Shown here: in pieces, positions 1 through 9,318 of the stretch
Layout of the letters: every line of letters starts with the position of its first letter
Position numbering within the stretch: position 1 is the first letter of the stretch
Assembly (NCBI GenBank): GCA_965602015.1
Contig: OZ271918.1
Span: 3,805,487 to 3,869,486 of the forward strand
DNA length: 64,000 nt
Reading direction: 5' to 3'
Origin: Salinispira sp.
GTDB taxonomy: Bacteria; Spirochaetota; Spirochaetia; DSM-27196; Salinispiraceae
Program-made: the position numbers and the translations under genes
The notes under the pieces: model-generated
The model's database searches: none
Seen by the model: the letters and a program-made list of their open reading frames with translations, nothing else
Told to the model about the DNA's origin: nothing

Positions 1-180
1 TCTGAGCGTGGGATTCTCAGCGATGAGCTCTCCAAGCGGCTTCGAAACGCTGTTGGCTTTCGCAATGTGGCTGTCCACGAATACGAGAAGCTGTCATATC
101 CCATCGTGTACTCGATAATTACCCGCCATCTCAATGATTTTCGCGATTTCGCCGATACCGTTCTCAATTTTATAAATTAG
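1..180 (+). CDS. HEPN/DUF86 (HepT-like) RNase toxin, C-terminal part (truncated by window start)
   Basis: Frame 1 reads SERGILSDELSKRLRNAVGFRNVAVHEYEKL...IN*, with the HEPN R-x4-H-x-Y motif (RNVAVHEY). Not in the ORF track. Confidence 0.8.
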   Translation, partial: SERGILSDELSKRLRNAVGFRNVAVHEYEKLSYPIVYSIITRHLNDFRDFADTVLNFIN

Positions 181-220
181 AAAAAGCCAATCAGCGCAGT
201 TCAATCTGCTGATGTGTCCA

Positions 221-251
221 CGGTCTGAGCCGCGCCTTAGGGCTCAGACTG
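221..251 (+). terminator. GC-rich hairpin downstream of the HEPN gene (possible terminator)
   Basis: CGGTCTGAGCC / GGCTCAGACTG inverted repeat; no strong U tract. Confidence 0.35.
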
Positions 252-357
252 CGTAAAAGACCAAAGCACCCTTAATTGCGGCCGATCTGCGGCGCTATTG
301 ATCTATTTTTTCCGCCCAGTTAGGATGTTTTTACCCAGAAAACCAACGGAGATTAGC

Positions 358-1296
358 ATGAAAAGACTCGTGTCCGTCCTCGGACTGTTCGTTATCCTGG
401 CCTCCTGTCAGGACTTTGCCGCGATGAAAAACCTCACGCCCCAGCCAGCCGCCGATTTGACCATCGAGCTGCTGGACCAGAGCGAGGTGGTTTCGGACAA
501 CTATTACGCGGCGGTGTTTTACACCAGCTTCAGCACCACCCATCCGGACTGGCTCGATTATCTGTCGGTCACCGCGGCGTTGTTTGAGCCCTGGGATGAC
601 GAGGGCACGTATGAAGATGTCTCGGGATTTGAGATCGAAAACGGCAATCTCAGGCTCACCCATCGAATGTACCCCCTGTTCCCCTCACAGGGAGAGTACA
701 CTCTTCGGCTCTTTGCCATTGATGAAGGTGAGCTGGCCGAGACCTACGACTATAATATGGACGTCGATGTGGACGGCAGCTCTTTGCCGGTATTCCCCCG
801 GAATACCGACTACTACATGCAGGGGTCTCCCTACATTCTCGAGCAGGTCAGTTCGTACTCGGTTGCCGTCGATGATGCCGGCGATGCCCTGTACTTCCAG
901 CCCGCCGACTCATTCAGCGCGGGACTGGACCTGATATATTACATCGTTTTTGGAAACACCCTGGAGTACATGGCATTTCTCGGAGCCGACGATCTGCAAG
1001 TCGGCAAGTGGACCCGACTGGCTGTGAACGATCTCGTGCCGATGCAGCAGCTCAATCGCAGCATAGACCCGACGGAATTCAGGGCTGACGACGGAACCTG
1101 GATTGTTGAATCCTATGCGACGGTTCTTAGCCGGGAGGATTGGGGCAATTTCTTCAGATCGGAAGTCAGACCGGCTTCCATTAGCGCAGAAGTTCCGCAG
1201 GCGGCAGACACCATCAGCCCCTCGGCTTCGAGTCGGAGTCTCCCAGTCATTCCGCCAATGGCCGTGGAACTCCTCGACGAGTATCTGGGAAAGTAA
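358..1296 (+). CDS. Hypothetical lipoprotein
   Basis: ATG at 358 after GGAG; MKRLVSVLGLFVILASC signal peptide with lipobox; acidic mature region. Confidence 0.75.
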   Translation: MKRLVSVLGLFVILASCQDFAAMKNLTPQPAADLTIELLDQSEVVSDNYYAAVFYTSFSTTHPDWLDYLSVTAALFEPWDDEGTYEDVSGFEIENGNLRLTHRMYPLFPSQGEYTLRLFAIDEGELAETYDYNMDVDVDGSSLPVFPRNTDYYMQGSPYILEQVSSYSVAVDDAGDALYFQPADSFSAGLDLIYYIVFGNTLEYMAFLGADDLQVGKWTRLAVNDLVPMQQLNRSIDPTEFRADDGTWIVESYATVLSREDWGNFFRSEVRPASISAEVPQAADTISPSASSRSLPVIPPMAVELLDEYLGK

Positions 1297-1320
1297 TACC
1301 CGATTCTCAACCGCGAAAAG

Positions 1321-1363
1321 AAAAAACCGCGCACAGCCCTTACGGCCGCAGCGCGGTTTTTTT
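1321..1363. terminator. Bidirectional intrinsic terminator between convergent genes
   Basis: AAAAAACCGCGC...GCGCGGTTTTTTT hairpin with A and T tracts on either side. Confidence 0.85.
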
Positions 1364-1401
1364 GTCTGTGCACCGCCGGCGTGCCGACGGCTCACCGGTG
1401 T

Positions 1402-2076
1402 CTAATACCGGTAACGAAAACCGATCTGGGGATACAGATCAATAAGAAACTGATCCTGAATATCGCCGGCAGTGGGGAGCCAGCTGAAGCCGTAGCCCAC
1501 CTCGACGGGAATCGAAAAGTGTTCAAACCCGATGATTTCAATTCCGATGCCGAATCCAAGGGTGATTCTGGGGGTGTAGTCTCCGACGGTCACCACGTCT
1601 TCGTACAGCGGATTGCCGCCCGAATCAAGCTCGCCGGTTTCCACCACATCATAATCCCGGGGGATGCGGCCGTCATGCATGATGCTGGTAAAAATATAGA
1701 GATTCCCCGCCAGAATTTCCCGCCAGGCGTTGGAGTAGACCTTCCACAAATGGGTGAGGCCGACGTTGTAAAACAAGAGATCGCTTCCCCAGCTTATTTC
1801 AGGGCTGTACAAAGCGCCCGCCACGGCCTGCCAGCCCGTAGTGCCGTTTGTCTTGTGGTAGCTCAAGCCGATGCCGGACATGGTCCCGCCAAAAAAGCCC
1901 AGGGCCTCGTCGTACAGCAGGTCCGGGGTCAGTTCGCTTGGTTCCGGGGGTCCAGCCGCCCTTGGCTGGTTCTCCTTGGGGTCGCTTTCGGCGAAGACGA
2001 TGCCGGATGCAAAAATTACGAAAAATAAAAAAACACACAAAGCGCGGCGATGTGTTATTCGCCCTCTCTTCAACAT
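1402..2076 (-). CDS. Hypothetical exported protein, probable outer-membrane beta-barrel
   Basis: GGAGG RBS before ATG at 2076; signal peptide ending IVFA; amphipathic strands; C-terminal ...IGFRYRY beta-signal. Confidence 0.65.
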   Translation of the reverse strand: MLKRGRITHRRALCVFLFFVIFASGIVFAESDPKENQPRAAGPPEPSELTPDLLYDEALGFFGGTMSGIGLSYHKTNGTTGWQAVAGALYSPEISWGSDLLFYNVGLTHLWKVYSNAWREILAGNLYIFTSIMHDGRIPRDYDVVETGELDSGGNPLYEDVVTVGDYTPRITLGFGIGIEIIGFEHFSIPVEVGYGFSWLPTAGDIQDQFLIDLYPQIGFRYRY

Positions 2077-2244
2077 GACGCCTCCCGAACAACATGAATT
2101 CTGTAATCTCGGAAACAATACTATCCCGACGGCCAATGCCCGTCCAGCGGGACCTTTTATTTTATCGGAACAAAAACGAGAATGGAATTGTCAGGCGAGC
2201 AGAAAGCGAAAAACTGACCTATGCAATTGAATTTACTTCTTCGC

Positions 2245-2253
2245 TGCTATAAA
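2245..2253 (+). promoter_or_regulatory. Extended -10 promoter element (TGnTATAAA)
   Basis: TGCTATAAA, identical in copy 2 at 15933-15941. Confidence 0.55.
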
Positions 2254-2258
2254 GTGCC

Positions 2259-2281
2259 TATTGTTCAATAATTGAACAATA
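2259..2281. promoter_or_regulatory. Perfect palindromic operator candidate, copy 1
   Basis: TATTGTTCAAT-A-ATTGAACAATA directly after the -10 element. Confidence 0.75.
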
Positions 2282-2571
2282 GACCCCTCCGGGTAGTGTG
2301 TTTCGGCCGCATTCGGGTTGTAAATCGTAGTATTTTATGAATGTCGACTTCGAGAAGAGACGCGTCTTCGCGTTTTCTCGCCTGGAAGGAGTCGGAATCT
2401 CTTGTATCCGTATCCGAAAACGTCAGCATGGCCCTCATTGGTTAAAGAACATGTCCAGGCCAATTGTGTCGAAGTCTTTTGCTGAGTAACAGTATTAAGA
2501 GATTATAGAAAACCTGTAGTTAGCTAATCCGGCCATTCAGTAACCAGGAATTTAGTAATAAAGGATTCATT

Positions 2572-3657
2572 ATGAAAAAAGCACTCATCACGGGAGTCAC
2601 CGGCCAGGATGGTTCATACCTTGCCGAGTTACTGCTGTCCAAGGGCTATGAGGTCCATGGCATAAAACGCAGGGCTTCAAATTTTAATACCGATCGCATC
2701 GACCACCTGTACCTTGATCAGCACGAGACTGACGTGCACTTTTTTCTTCACTATGGAGATCTAACCGATTCAACAAATCTCATCCGTATAATACAACAGG
2801 TCCAGCCCGATGAAATCTACAACCTGGGCGCCCAGTCTCATGTGCAGGTGAGCTTCGAAGTCCCCGAATACACGGCCCAGTCTGATGCCGTCGGCACTCT
2901 GCGGCTGCTGGAAGCCATCCGCATCCTCGGTATGGAGAAGAAGGTGCGTTTCTATCAGGCATCAACCTCCGAACTCTACGGAAAGGTGCAGGAAGTGCCC
3001 CAGAAAGAGACTACGCCCTTCTATCCCCGGAGCCCCTATGGGGTTGCCAAGCTCTACGGATTCTGGATCGTGAAGAACTACCGCGAGTCCTACGGAATGT
3101 ATGCCTGTAACGGCATACTGTTTAACCACGAAAGCCCCCGCAGGGGTGAGACCTTTGTTACCCGTAAGATCACCCGGGCCGCAGCCCGCATTTCCCTGGG
3201 GCTACAGAAGAAGCTGTATCTGGGCAATATGAACGCCTTGAGGGACTGGGGGTTCGCCGGTGATTACGTGGAAGGCATGTGGCTGATGCTCCAACAGGAT
3301 GGGCCTGAAGATTATGTCCTTGCTACCGGCGAAATGACCAGCGTGAGGGATTTTACTGCTATGGCCTTTGCCCGCGCAGGGATCGAACTGGAGTTCAGCG
3401 GCCAGGGCGTGGATGAAAAGGGCCGAAACAAGGCAAACGGGGACGTCCTGGTCGAGGTCGATCCTCGCTATTTCCGACCGGCCGAAGTAGAGCAGCTTTT
3501 AGGAGATCCGACCAAGGCGAGGAATGAACTCGGTTGGGAACCCCGGGTAAAGTTGTCCGGGCTCGTGGAGATGATGGTGGATGCTGACATCGAAGCAGCC
3601 CGGAAAGACGTGCATCTGCAGGATGGCGGATTCGAAGTGAAGGAATACAATGAATAA
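2572..3657 (+). CDS. gmd: GDP-mannose 4,6-dehydratase
   Basis: [59 protein letters not shown]. Confidence 0.97.
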   Translation: MKKALITGVTGQDGSYLAELLLSKGYEVHGIKRRASNFNTDRIDHLYLDQHETDVHFFLHYGDLTDSTNLIRIIQQVQPDEIYNLGAQSHVQVSFEVPEYTAQSDAVGTLRLLEAIRILGMEKKVRFYQASTSELYGKVQEVPQKETTPFYPRSPYGVAKLYGFWIVKNYRESYGMYACNGILFNHESPRRGETFVTRKITRAAARISLGLQKKLYLGNMNALRDWGFAGDYVEGMWLMLQQDGPEDYVLATGEMTSVRDFTAMAFARAGIELEFSGQGVDEKGRNKANGDVLVEVDPRYFRPAEVEQLLGDPTKARNELGWEPRVKLSGLVEMMVDADIEAARKDVHLQDGGFEVKEYNE

Positions 3658-4612
3658 TGCGGCAATGAGAAAGGATGGCAAAATCTACATCGCCGGACAT
3701 CGGGGCATGGTCGGGTCCGCCGTTGTTCGTGCTCTGGAAGCCCGGGGTTACGGCAACATCGTAACCCGGACCAGCGCCGAACTGGACCTGAGCCGGCAGG
3801 CAGCTGTTGAGGATTTTTTCAGTTCGGAAAAACCCGAATATGTTTTTCTGGCTGCTGCCCGAGTGGGCGGTATTATGGCGAACAAGACTCACAAGGCGCA
3901 GTTTTTCTACCAGAACGCTATGATAGCGCAGAACGTCATTCACGCTGCCTATCTGAACGGGGTGGAAAAACTGATGAACCTCGGCTCTTCCTGCATCTAT
4001 CCGAAATTGGCTCCCCAGCCCCTCAAAGAAGAGTATCTCCTCACCGGCCCTCTTGAAGAGACGAACGACGCCTACGCCATTGCCAAAATATCGGCGATCA
4101 AGATGTGCCGCTATTATAACGAGCAATACGGAACGAATTTCCTGTCGGCCATGCCGACCAACCTTTACGGCTATGGAGATAACTACGACCTTCAGTCTTC
4201 CCACGTGCTTCCGGCCATGATCCGCAAATTTCACGAGGCAAAGGAAAACGGCACATCCGTCACCCTCTGGGGCGACGGATCGCCCCTGAGAGAATTTATG
4301 TTCGCCGATGACCTGGCCGATGCCCTGGTTTATCTCATGGAAAACCATCAAGCCGCCGAGCTCGGCGAATTTATAAACGTCGGCACCGGCAGCGATTTGA
4401 GCATAAAAGCTCTGGCGGAGCTGGTCGCAAAAGTCGTCGGATATTCCGGCGGTATCGCCTGGGACATTAAAAAACCCAACGGTACGCCCCGGAAGCTCAT
4501 GGATTCGGGGCGGCTGAACAGCCTGGGGTGGCAGGCGCGCACCGGCCTGGAAGAGGGAATCGGGTTGGCGTATGCCGATTTTCGGGCGGTTCTAACGGGA
4601 ATCGGTAAATAG
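3650..4612 (+). CDS. fcl: GDP-L-fucose synthase
   Basis: [38 protein letters not shown]; coupled to gmd. Confidence 0.95.
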   Translation: MNNAAMRKDGKIYIAGHRGMVGSAVVRALEARGYGNIVTRTSAELDLSRQAAVEDFFSSEKPEYVFLAAARVGGIMANKTHKAQFFYQNAMIAQNVIHAAYLNGVEKLMNLGSSCIYPKLAPQPLKEEYLLTGPLEETNDAYAIAKISAIKMCRYYNEQYGTNFLSAMPTNLYGYGDNYDLQSSHVLPAMIRKFHEAKENGTSVTLWGDGSPLREFMFADDLADALVYLMENHQAAELGEFINVGTGSDLSIKALAELVAKVVGYSGGIAWDIKKPNGTPRKLMDSGRLNSLGWQARTGLEEGIGLAYADFRAVLTGIGK

Positions 4613-5409
4613 TGTTTATTTTGCAATTCATACGGAGTATTGGTCGTAACCGCCAGGTGATCTTCGAGTTAACGAAGAGGGAATTCCAGTCAAGTTACAT
4701 TCAGAATCTTCTTGGTCTGACCTGGGCCGTGGTTGAACCACTCGTTATGATGCTGATTTTCTGGGTTGTCTTCGGTCTCGGTATGAGGAGTGGGCTCGAA
4801 CTCGATATTCCTTTCGTGGTGTACCTGATTACCGGGCTTGTTTTATTTCTTTTCTTTAATGAGACGGTGATACAATCCGCCGCATTGATGAAGCAGTATT
4901 CCTTCCTTGTGAAGCGGGTTAATTTTGATCTGTCACTGCTCCCACTAATAAAGATCTTGAGTAAATCGATCCTTCATCTTTTAGTTATAGCGGCAATGGT
5001 ACCTATTCTATTACTTAATGGTATTATTCCGAGTCTGTTCTGGATTCAGATTATCTATTATCTGTTCGCGGCAAGCATGTTGATGTTGGGTGTTTCATGG
5101 ATGATTTCCTCAATCTACCTGTTTATCCCCGACATACAAAACCTCGTCAAAATCATTATGCGTGTGCTTATGTATCTTACACCGATATTTTGGGTGCTCG
5201 AAATTTTTCCCGCAAAGTACCATTGGATTTTCAAGTTGAATCCTCTGTACTATCTGGTAACCGGCTATCGGGATTCGCTGGTATACGGCCGCTGGTTTTT
5301 TGCCGACCCACCACAATTATTATATTTTTGGGCCTTCACTCTTGTCATGCTTCTGATCGGAGGAATGACATATAGATTGCTCAAGCCTCATTTTGCCGAT
5401 GTGATATAG
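4612..5409 (+). CDS. wzm: Polysaccharide ABC transporter permease
   Basis: Six hydrophobic segments, LGLTWAVVEPL, YLTPIFW, LNPLYY. Confidence 0.9.
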   Translation: MFILQFIRSIGRNRQVIFELTKREFQSSYIQNLLGLTWAVVEPLVMMLIFWVVFGLGMRSGLELDIPFVVYLITGLVLFLFFNETVIQSAALMKQYSFLVKRVNFDLSLLPLIKILSKSILHLLVIAAMVPILLLNGIIPSLFWIQIIYYLFAASMLMLGVSWMISSIYLFIPDIQNLVKIIMRVLMYLTPIFWVLEIFPAKYHWIFKLNPLYYLVTGYRDSLVYGRWFFADPPQLLYFWAFTLVMLLIGGMTYRLLKPHFADVI

Positions 5410-5415
5410 GAATCT

Positions 5416-6813
5416 ATGGACAAACAAGACGTCGTGCAAATCAAGAACATTACTAAGATCTACCACCTGTATCGTAAAAAGCAGCACAGGCTCATCGAGG
5501 CGATACACCCGTTGAGGAAGAAATATCATCGGGACTTTCATGCGCTTCGGAACATTAACCTGAACGTAGCAGAAGGGGAGATAGTCGGCATCGTCGGGCG
5601 GAACGGTTCCGGCAAGTCTACCCTCCTGAAAATCATCGCGGGCGTTCTGACACCTACGAGCGGACAAGTGCAGACAAAAGGATCGATAGTCGCTCTTCTC
5701 GAACTGACTGCCGGCTTCAACCCGGATTTCACAGGGCTGGACAACATCTATTTTTTCGGAGCCCTCATGGGGTATACAAAATCCGATATGGATGATTTGG
5801 TCGAGGAAATAATCGAATTCGCCGAGCTCGGAGATTTCATTTATCAGCCGTTGAAAACATATTCCAGCGGTATGAAAGCCCGGCTCGCTTTTTCGACTTC
5901 GATAATGATTGATCCGGAGATCCTGATTCTCGACGAGGTGCTCGCGGTTGGCGATGAACTTTTCAAACGCAAGTGTTACGCAAAAATCGAAGATTTATTC
6001 AATGCCGGGAAAACCATCTTCTTTGTTTCCCACAGCGGCCAGAGTGTGAAAGAATTATGTACACGGGTGATCCTGCTGCATCAGGGTGAAATCCTGTTGG
6101 ACGGGCCGTCCAAGCTCGTGGTCGATTACTATCAGAAACTCCTGTACTCGACGCCGGATACCCAGAAAAAGGTCCTGAATGAGATTGCTGAATTGAATGC
6201 TAATGAAAAACTCAAGCAGCTGGAATCCGTCGAGCATTTCGAGGATGACGGCTATTCGAGTACTGTCGGGCAGCCTGATGGAGCGGCAGCGGATAGCGCT
6301 GAATATACCTCCAAGTCTTACTACCTTGAAAAATTCATTCCCAAGAGTACCGTGGTGTATCAGAATTTCGATGTCGACATTCACAGCGCGAAAATACTCG
6401 ATTCGAGGGGAATCCAGGTTAACCAACTCATTCCCAATAATGAGTACGTGTATTCCTACAAAGTACGCTTCGGAGAGGCGGCCGATAACGTTAATTTCGG
6501 GATGAAGATTAAAACCCTGAAGGGCTTCGAAATAGTCGGCGGTTCGAACCCCGGTAAGCCCCATGTTGAACCGGGAATTGCCCGTATCGAAGGCGGTTGC
6601 GAATATGAAATCCGCTGGGAATTCCGCTGCGATCTATTCCCTGGTGATTATTTTCTGAACGCCGGTGTATTCGGAATAATCGATGGTGTGGAGACCTATC
6701 TGTGCAGGGTAATTGACATCACCGTTTTTCGGGTTCTCGAGTCAGGTTCCCGCTTGTTCACCGGCATAACAAACCTCGTATCAAATGTTGAGATAGCGGA
6801 ACAGACAGGTTGA
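5416..6813 (+). CDS. wzt: Polysaccharide ABC transporter ATPase with C-terminal carbohydrate-binding (Wzt_C) domain
   Basis: GRNGSGKST, YSSGMKARLAF, ILDEVLAVGD, plus ~200-aa extension ending in a beta-rich domain (LFPGDYFLNAG). Confidence 0.92.
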   Translation: MDKQDVVQIKNITKIYHLYRKKQHRLIEAIHPLRKKYHRDFHALRNINLNVAEGEIVGIVGRNGSGKSTLLKIIAGVLTPTSGQVQTKGSIVALLELTAGFNPDFTGLDNIYFFGALMGYTKSDMDDLVEEIIEFAELGDFIYQPLKTYSSGMKARLAFSTSIMIDPEILILDEVLAVGDELFKRKCYAKIEDLFNAGKTIFFVSHSGQSVKELCTRVILLHQGEILLDGPSKLVVDYYQKLLYSTPDTQKKVLNEIAELNANEKLKQLESVEHFEDDGYSSTVGQPDGAAADSAEYTSKSYYLEKFIPKSTVVYQNFDVDIHSAKILDSRGIQVNQLIPNNEYVYSYKVRFGEAADNVNFGMKIKTLKGFEIVGGSNPGKPHVEPGIARIEGGCEYEIRWEFRCDLFPGDYFLNAGVFGIIDGVETYLCRVIDITVFRVLESGSRLFTGITNLVSNVEIAEQTG

Positions 6814-6818
6814 TCGGA

Positions 6819-8048
6819 ATGGCACGACCTAATTTGTACATTCATTCTCTGTTCAAAACTGGCAGCACATACCTGTGGGGAAAATATAAATCCAATCCAA
6901 AAATAACGGCTTTTTATGAACCCCTTCACCATCGACTCTCTTCCGTGACAACCGATAATGTAGCCGAATTCGAAAAAGTCGACACAGTTAAATCGGTAAT
7001 AAACAATTCTCAGAATAAAGCTGATTTCGAAGTCTTCTTTGGGGAATATATGTCCTTCGTCGGTGCTGATGCTGGAATTACCGGCTTCGACGATTCGTTC
7101 ATTCTCCGTGATTTTTTCCGGGTGTGTCATGACGATAGGTTCAAGGCCTATCTTGATATGCTTTCCCGCAGCGACAGGAAAAGGAAGGTGTTTCAGTTTA
7201 ATCGGACATCCGCGAGATTGAATTGGTTTATCTCCCATTACCCGGCGGATAACCACATCTACCTTCTTCGCAATCCACGGGACCAGTGGCAGTCATCGGT
7301 AAAATCAAATTTCAATTCAGTCTTTGAAGTGATGAATTACATGATCCTCAATATCGCCGAACTTCCGGGAGAGTTGCGCTGGCTTGAAAAATATGTACCG
7401 ATGAAGCGTCACTCAGGATTGGCGACATTCGAGAGCCAGTTTCCGGTATACCGGAAATTCACTGAACAACTCACTCCCGAACAGAAGTATCTCATTCACT
7501 TCGCCTTGTGGCTGTACGGTTTGGCCGAGGCCCGGAATTGGAACGTACCGGTAATCGATATGAACGAGTTGAGTGAAAACGAGGTAAGCCGAAGGAGCCT
7601 GGAATCAGAAATGGGGAAAAAAGGATTCCCCGTCGATCTGTCTGACATTAAGTTACCCGCATACGATCAATACAGGCTTGATGCTGACGTCTTGTCTGAA
7701 CAAGAGGATCTGGTGCTCCTGAATTTCAGTCGGATGCGTGCCGGTTTCGACCCCGCAGTAGTTGCGAACGGGTTGCATAAGGGCACCTCCGCCATCCTGG
7801 ACAAATGCGACTATGCTGCCCCGCTTCCCGATGCCCCCGCTGCGAGCAATCTTGGTTTGCAGCTGGAGGAGATGCTGAATAGCGTGCTCGAGGCCTATTC
7901 CCAGGTCAGCGCCAAGTACGAGGCGCTTAATCGACGGGCCCGAAAGGCTTTTTTCGACCTCAACCGAATGACCGGGTTGAAGGATGCAGCAGAACGCGAG
8001 ATTGAGGAATTGCGGAAGCAAACAGGTGCTAAAAGGGGGCGTCGATGA
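6819..8048 (+). CDS. Sulfotransferase-fold protein with C-terminal coiled coil
   Basis: IHSLFKTGSTYLW (5'-PAPS loop), FYEPLH, LLRNPRDQWQS (3'-phosphate motif); heptad-like tail. Confidence 0.65.
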   Translation: MARPNLYIHSLFKTGSTYLWGKYKSNPKITAFYEPLHHRLSSVTTDNVAEFEKVDTVKSVINNSQNKADFEVFFGEYMSFVGADAGITGFDDSFILRDFFRVCHDDRFKAYLDMLSRSDRKRKVFQFNRTSARLNWFISHYPADNHIYLLRNPRDQWQSSVKSNFNSVFEVMNYMILNIAELPGELRWLEKYVPMKRHSGLATFESQFPVYRKFTEQLTPEQKYLIHFALWLYGLAEARNWNVPVIDMNELSENEVSRRSLESEMGKKGFPVDLSDIKLPAYDQYRLDADVLSEQEDLVLLNFSRMRAGFDPAVVANGLHKGTSAILDKCDYAAPLPDAPAASNLGLQLEEMLNSVLEAYSQVSAKYEALNRRARKAFFDLNRMTGLKDAAEREIEELRKQTGAKRGRR

Positions 8049-9304
8049 CCTCATCACGGAAGCTGATCATCGTCGATCCTATTTTTCGGGGTAGCCGTGT
8101 GTATTTTTCCTGGCTGGCCGCAGGTATGAATCAGCTCGCTGAGGGCGGTAGTATAGAAGTTGTCACGAGAACCGCAGCTGCAACCGAAGAATCCGAGCGA
8201 TACTTTTCCGATATCCCCCATGAAATTCACCAGGTCGCGAGGGTCCCGGAATCATTCTGGTATGGAAAGATTGAAGTGGATCAAATCAGGAAGATCATAT
8301 CTAAGATCAGGGAGATAATCTCAAAAGACGCGAATGCGTGGATCTACTTTTGCGGAGTGAATGAGCTTTATCCCCAACTTTACCGCCTGTTACTCAGACC
8401 GGAAAATAGGTTTCTTCGTCGGATACCAATGGTTCTCGTTGAATATGACGCAAAATATCTGTTCAATCAGTATACCCTGTTCCGTACCGGAAGATTTATG
8501 GGTGGCGTGCGGAACTTCGTAAAAATCATGCGTCTGCGTAAGCCAACCTACCTTCGTTTTGCTCTGCGCAAGCGCATGCTCGCTGCCCGATTCCTTGGGA
8601 GGTTCACTAACGCTTCGATTGCAATTCTTGATGAGCGCATAATGGATGATCGCTTCGTAAAGGGCTCGCGTGCCGTTTCGGGATATTTCTTTTTGCCTGA
8701 CCCGGTGCCTGAGCGCTCCGGAGCGGAAGGAGTCGAAACGAATCCATCCGTCTCATTCCGGGACATTCGTATTCTGGTAGTCGGTCTGCAGACATCCCGG
8801 AAAGGCCTTATCGACATTGTGGAAGTCTGCGAACGGGGGAGCGCCACCGGCGTCAAATTTATTATTGTCGGAAGATTGGCCGAAGAGACAGAAGTTCTCC
8901 GTGATAGGATCTCCGCGCTTTCCGATCACATTGAATTTCACGAAGGCTTCTTTCAGGAAGAAGACTTCCAGAAGCACTATCGGGAAGCGGACTATGTCAT
9001 TCTCCCCTATGATACGAGTTTCGAAGGATCAAGCGGTGTGATGTCCTATGCCGCGCTGTACGCAAAGCCCCTGGTGACCAGCGAACACGGCTGTATAGGG
9101 TACAGGGTCGGTCGATTCGATCTGGGATTTACCTATAGAAGCAGAAATGTAGATCAGTTGCAGGCGACCCTTGCACAAATTCCAGAGCCGGATGCTCCTG
9201 AGTACCGACGGCTGCAGGAAAATATGAAAGAATTCTACGCGACACATACCATCGAGATGCACAGGGAAGTCTTGGCGTCCCGGTTCGTCAAACTCGGCGG
9301 TTAA
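8045..9304 (+). CDS. Glycosyltransferase, GT-B/GT4-like
   Basis: RKGLIDI, ADYVILPY...SSGVMSYA...KPLVTS. Confidence 0.8.
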   Translation: MTSSRKLIIVDPIFRGSRVYFSWLAAGMNQLAEGGSIEVVTRTAAATEESERYFSDIPHEIHQVARVPESFWYGKIEVDQIRKIISKIREIISKDANAWIYFCGVNELYPQLYRLLLRPENRFLRRIPMVLVEYDAKYLFNQYTLFRTGRFMGGVRNFVKIMRLRKPTYLRFALRKRMLAARFLGRFTNASIAILDERIMDDRFVKGSRAVSGYFFLPDPVPERSGAEGVETNPSVSFRDIRILVVGLQTSRKGLIDIVEVCERGSATGVKFIIVGRLAEETEVLRDRISALSDHIEFHEGFFQEEDFQKHYREADYVILPYDTSFEGSSGVMSYAALYAKPLVTSEHGCIGYRVGRFDLGFTYRSRNVDQLQATLAQIPEPDAPEYRRLQENMKEFYATHTIEMHREVLASRFVKLGG

Positions 9305-9318
9305 CCTATGGAGGTATA

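Larger units (their letters stand above)
2221..2396 (+). repeat. Conserved leader, copy 1 (upstream of gmd operon)
   Basis: First 133 nt match 15909-16041 with 6 mismatches, then a variable segment, then shared GAAGGAGTCGGA. Confidence 0.95.

Noticed and set aside
1381..2028. 215-aa plus-strand ORF
   Set aside because: Opposite the better-supported minus-strand OMP gene, which has an RBS, signal peptide and beta-signal.
2292..2300. Canonical ops/JUMPstart call
   Set aside because: Only the GGTAGnnTG core matches, copy 2 differs, and the GGC prefix is missing; kept as a resemblance only.
3395..4351. 318-aa minus-strand ORF
   Set aside because: Antisense shadow of gmd/fcl with no recognisable motifs.
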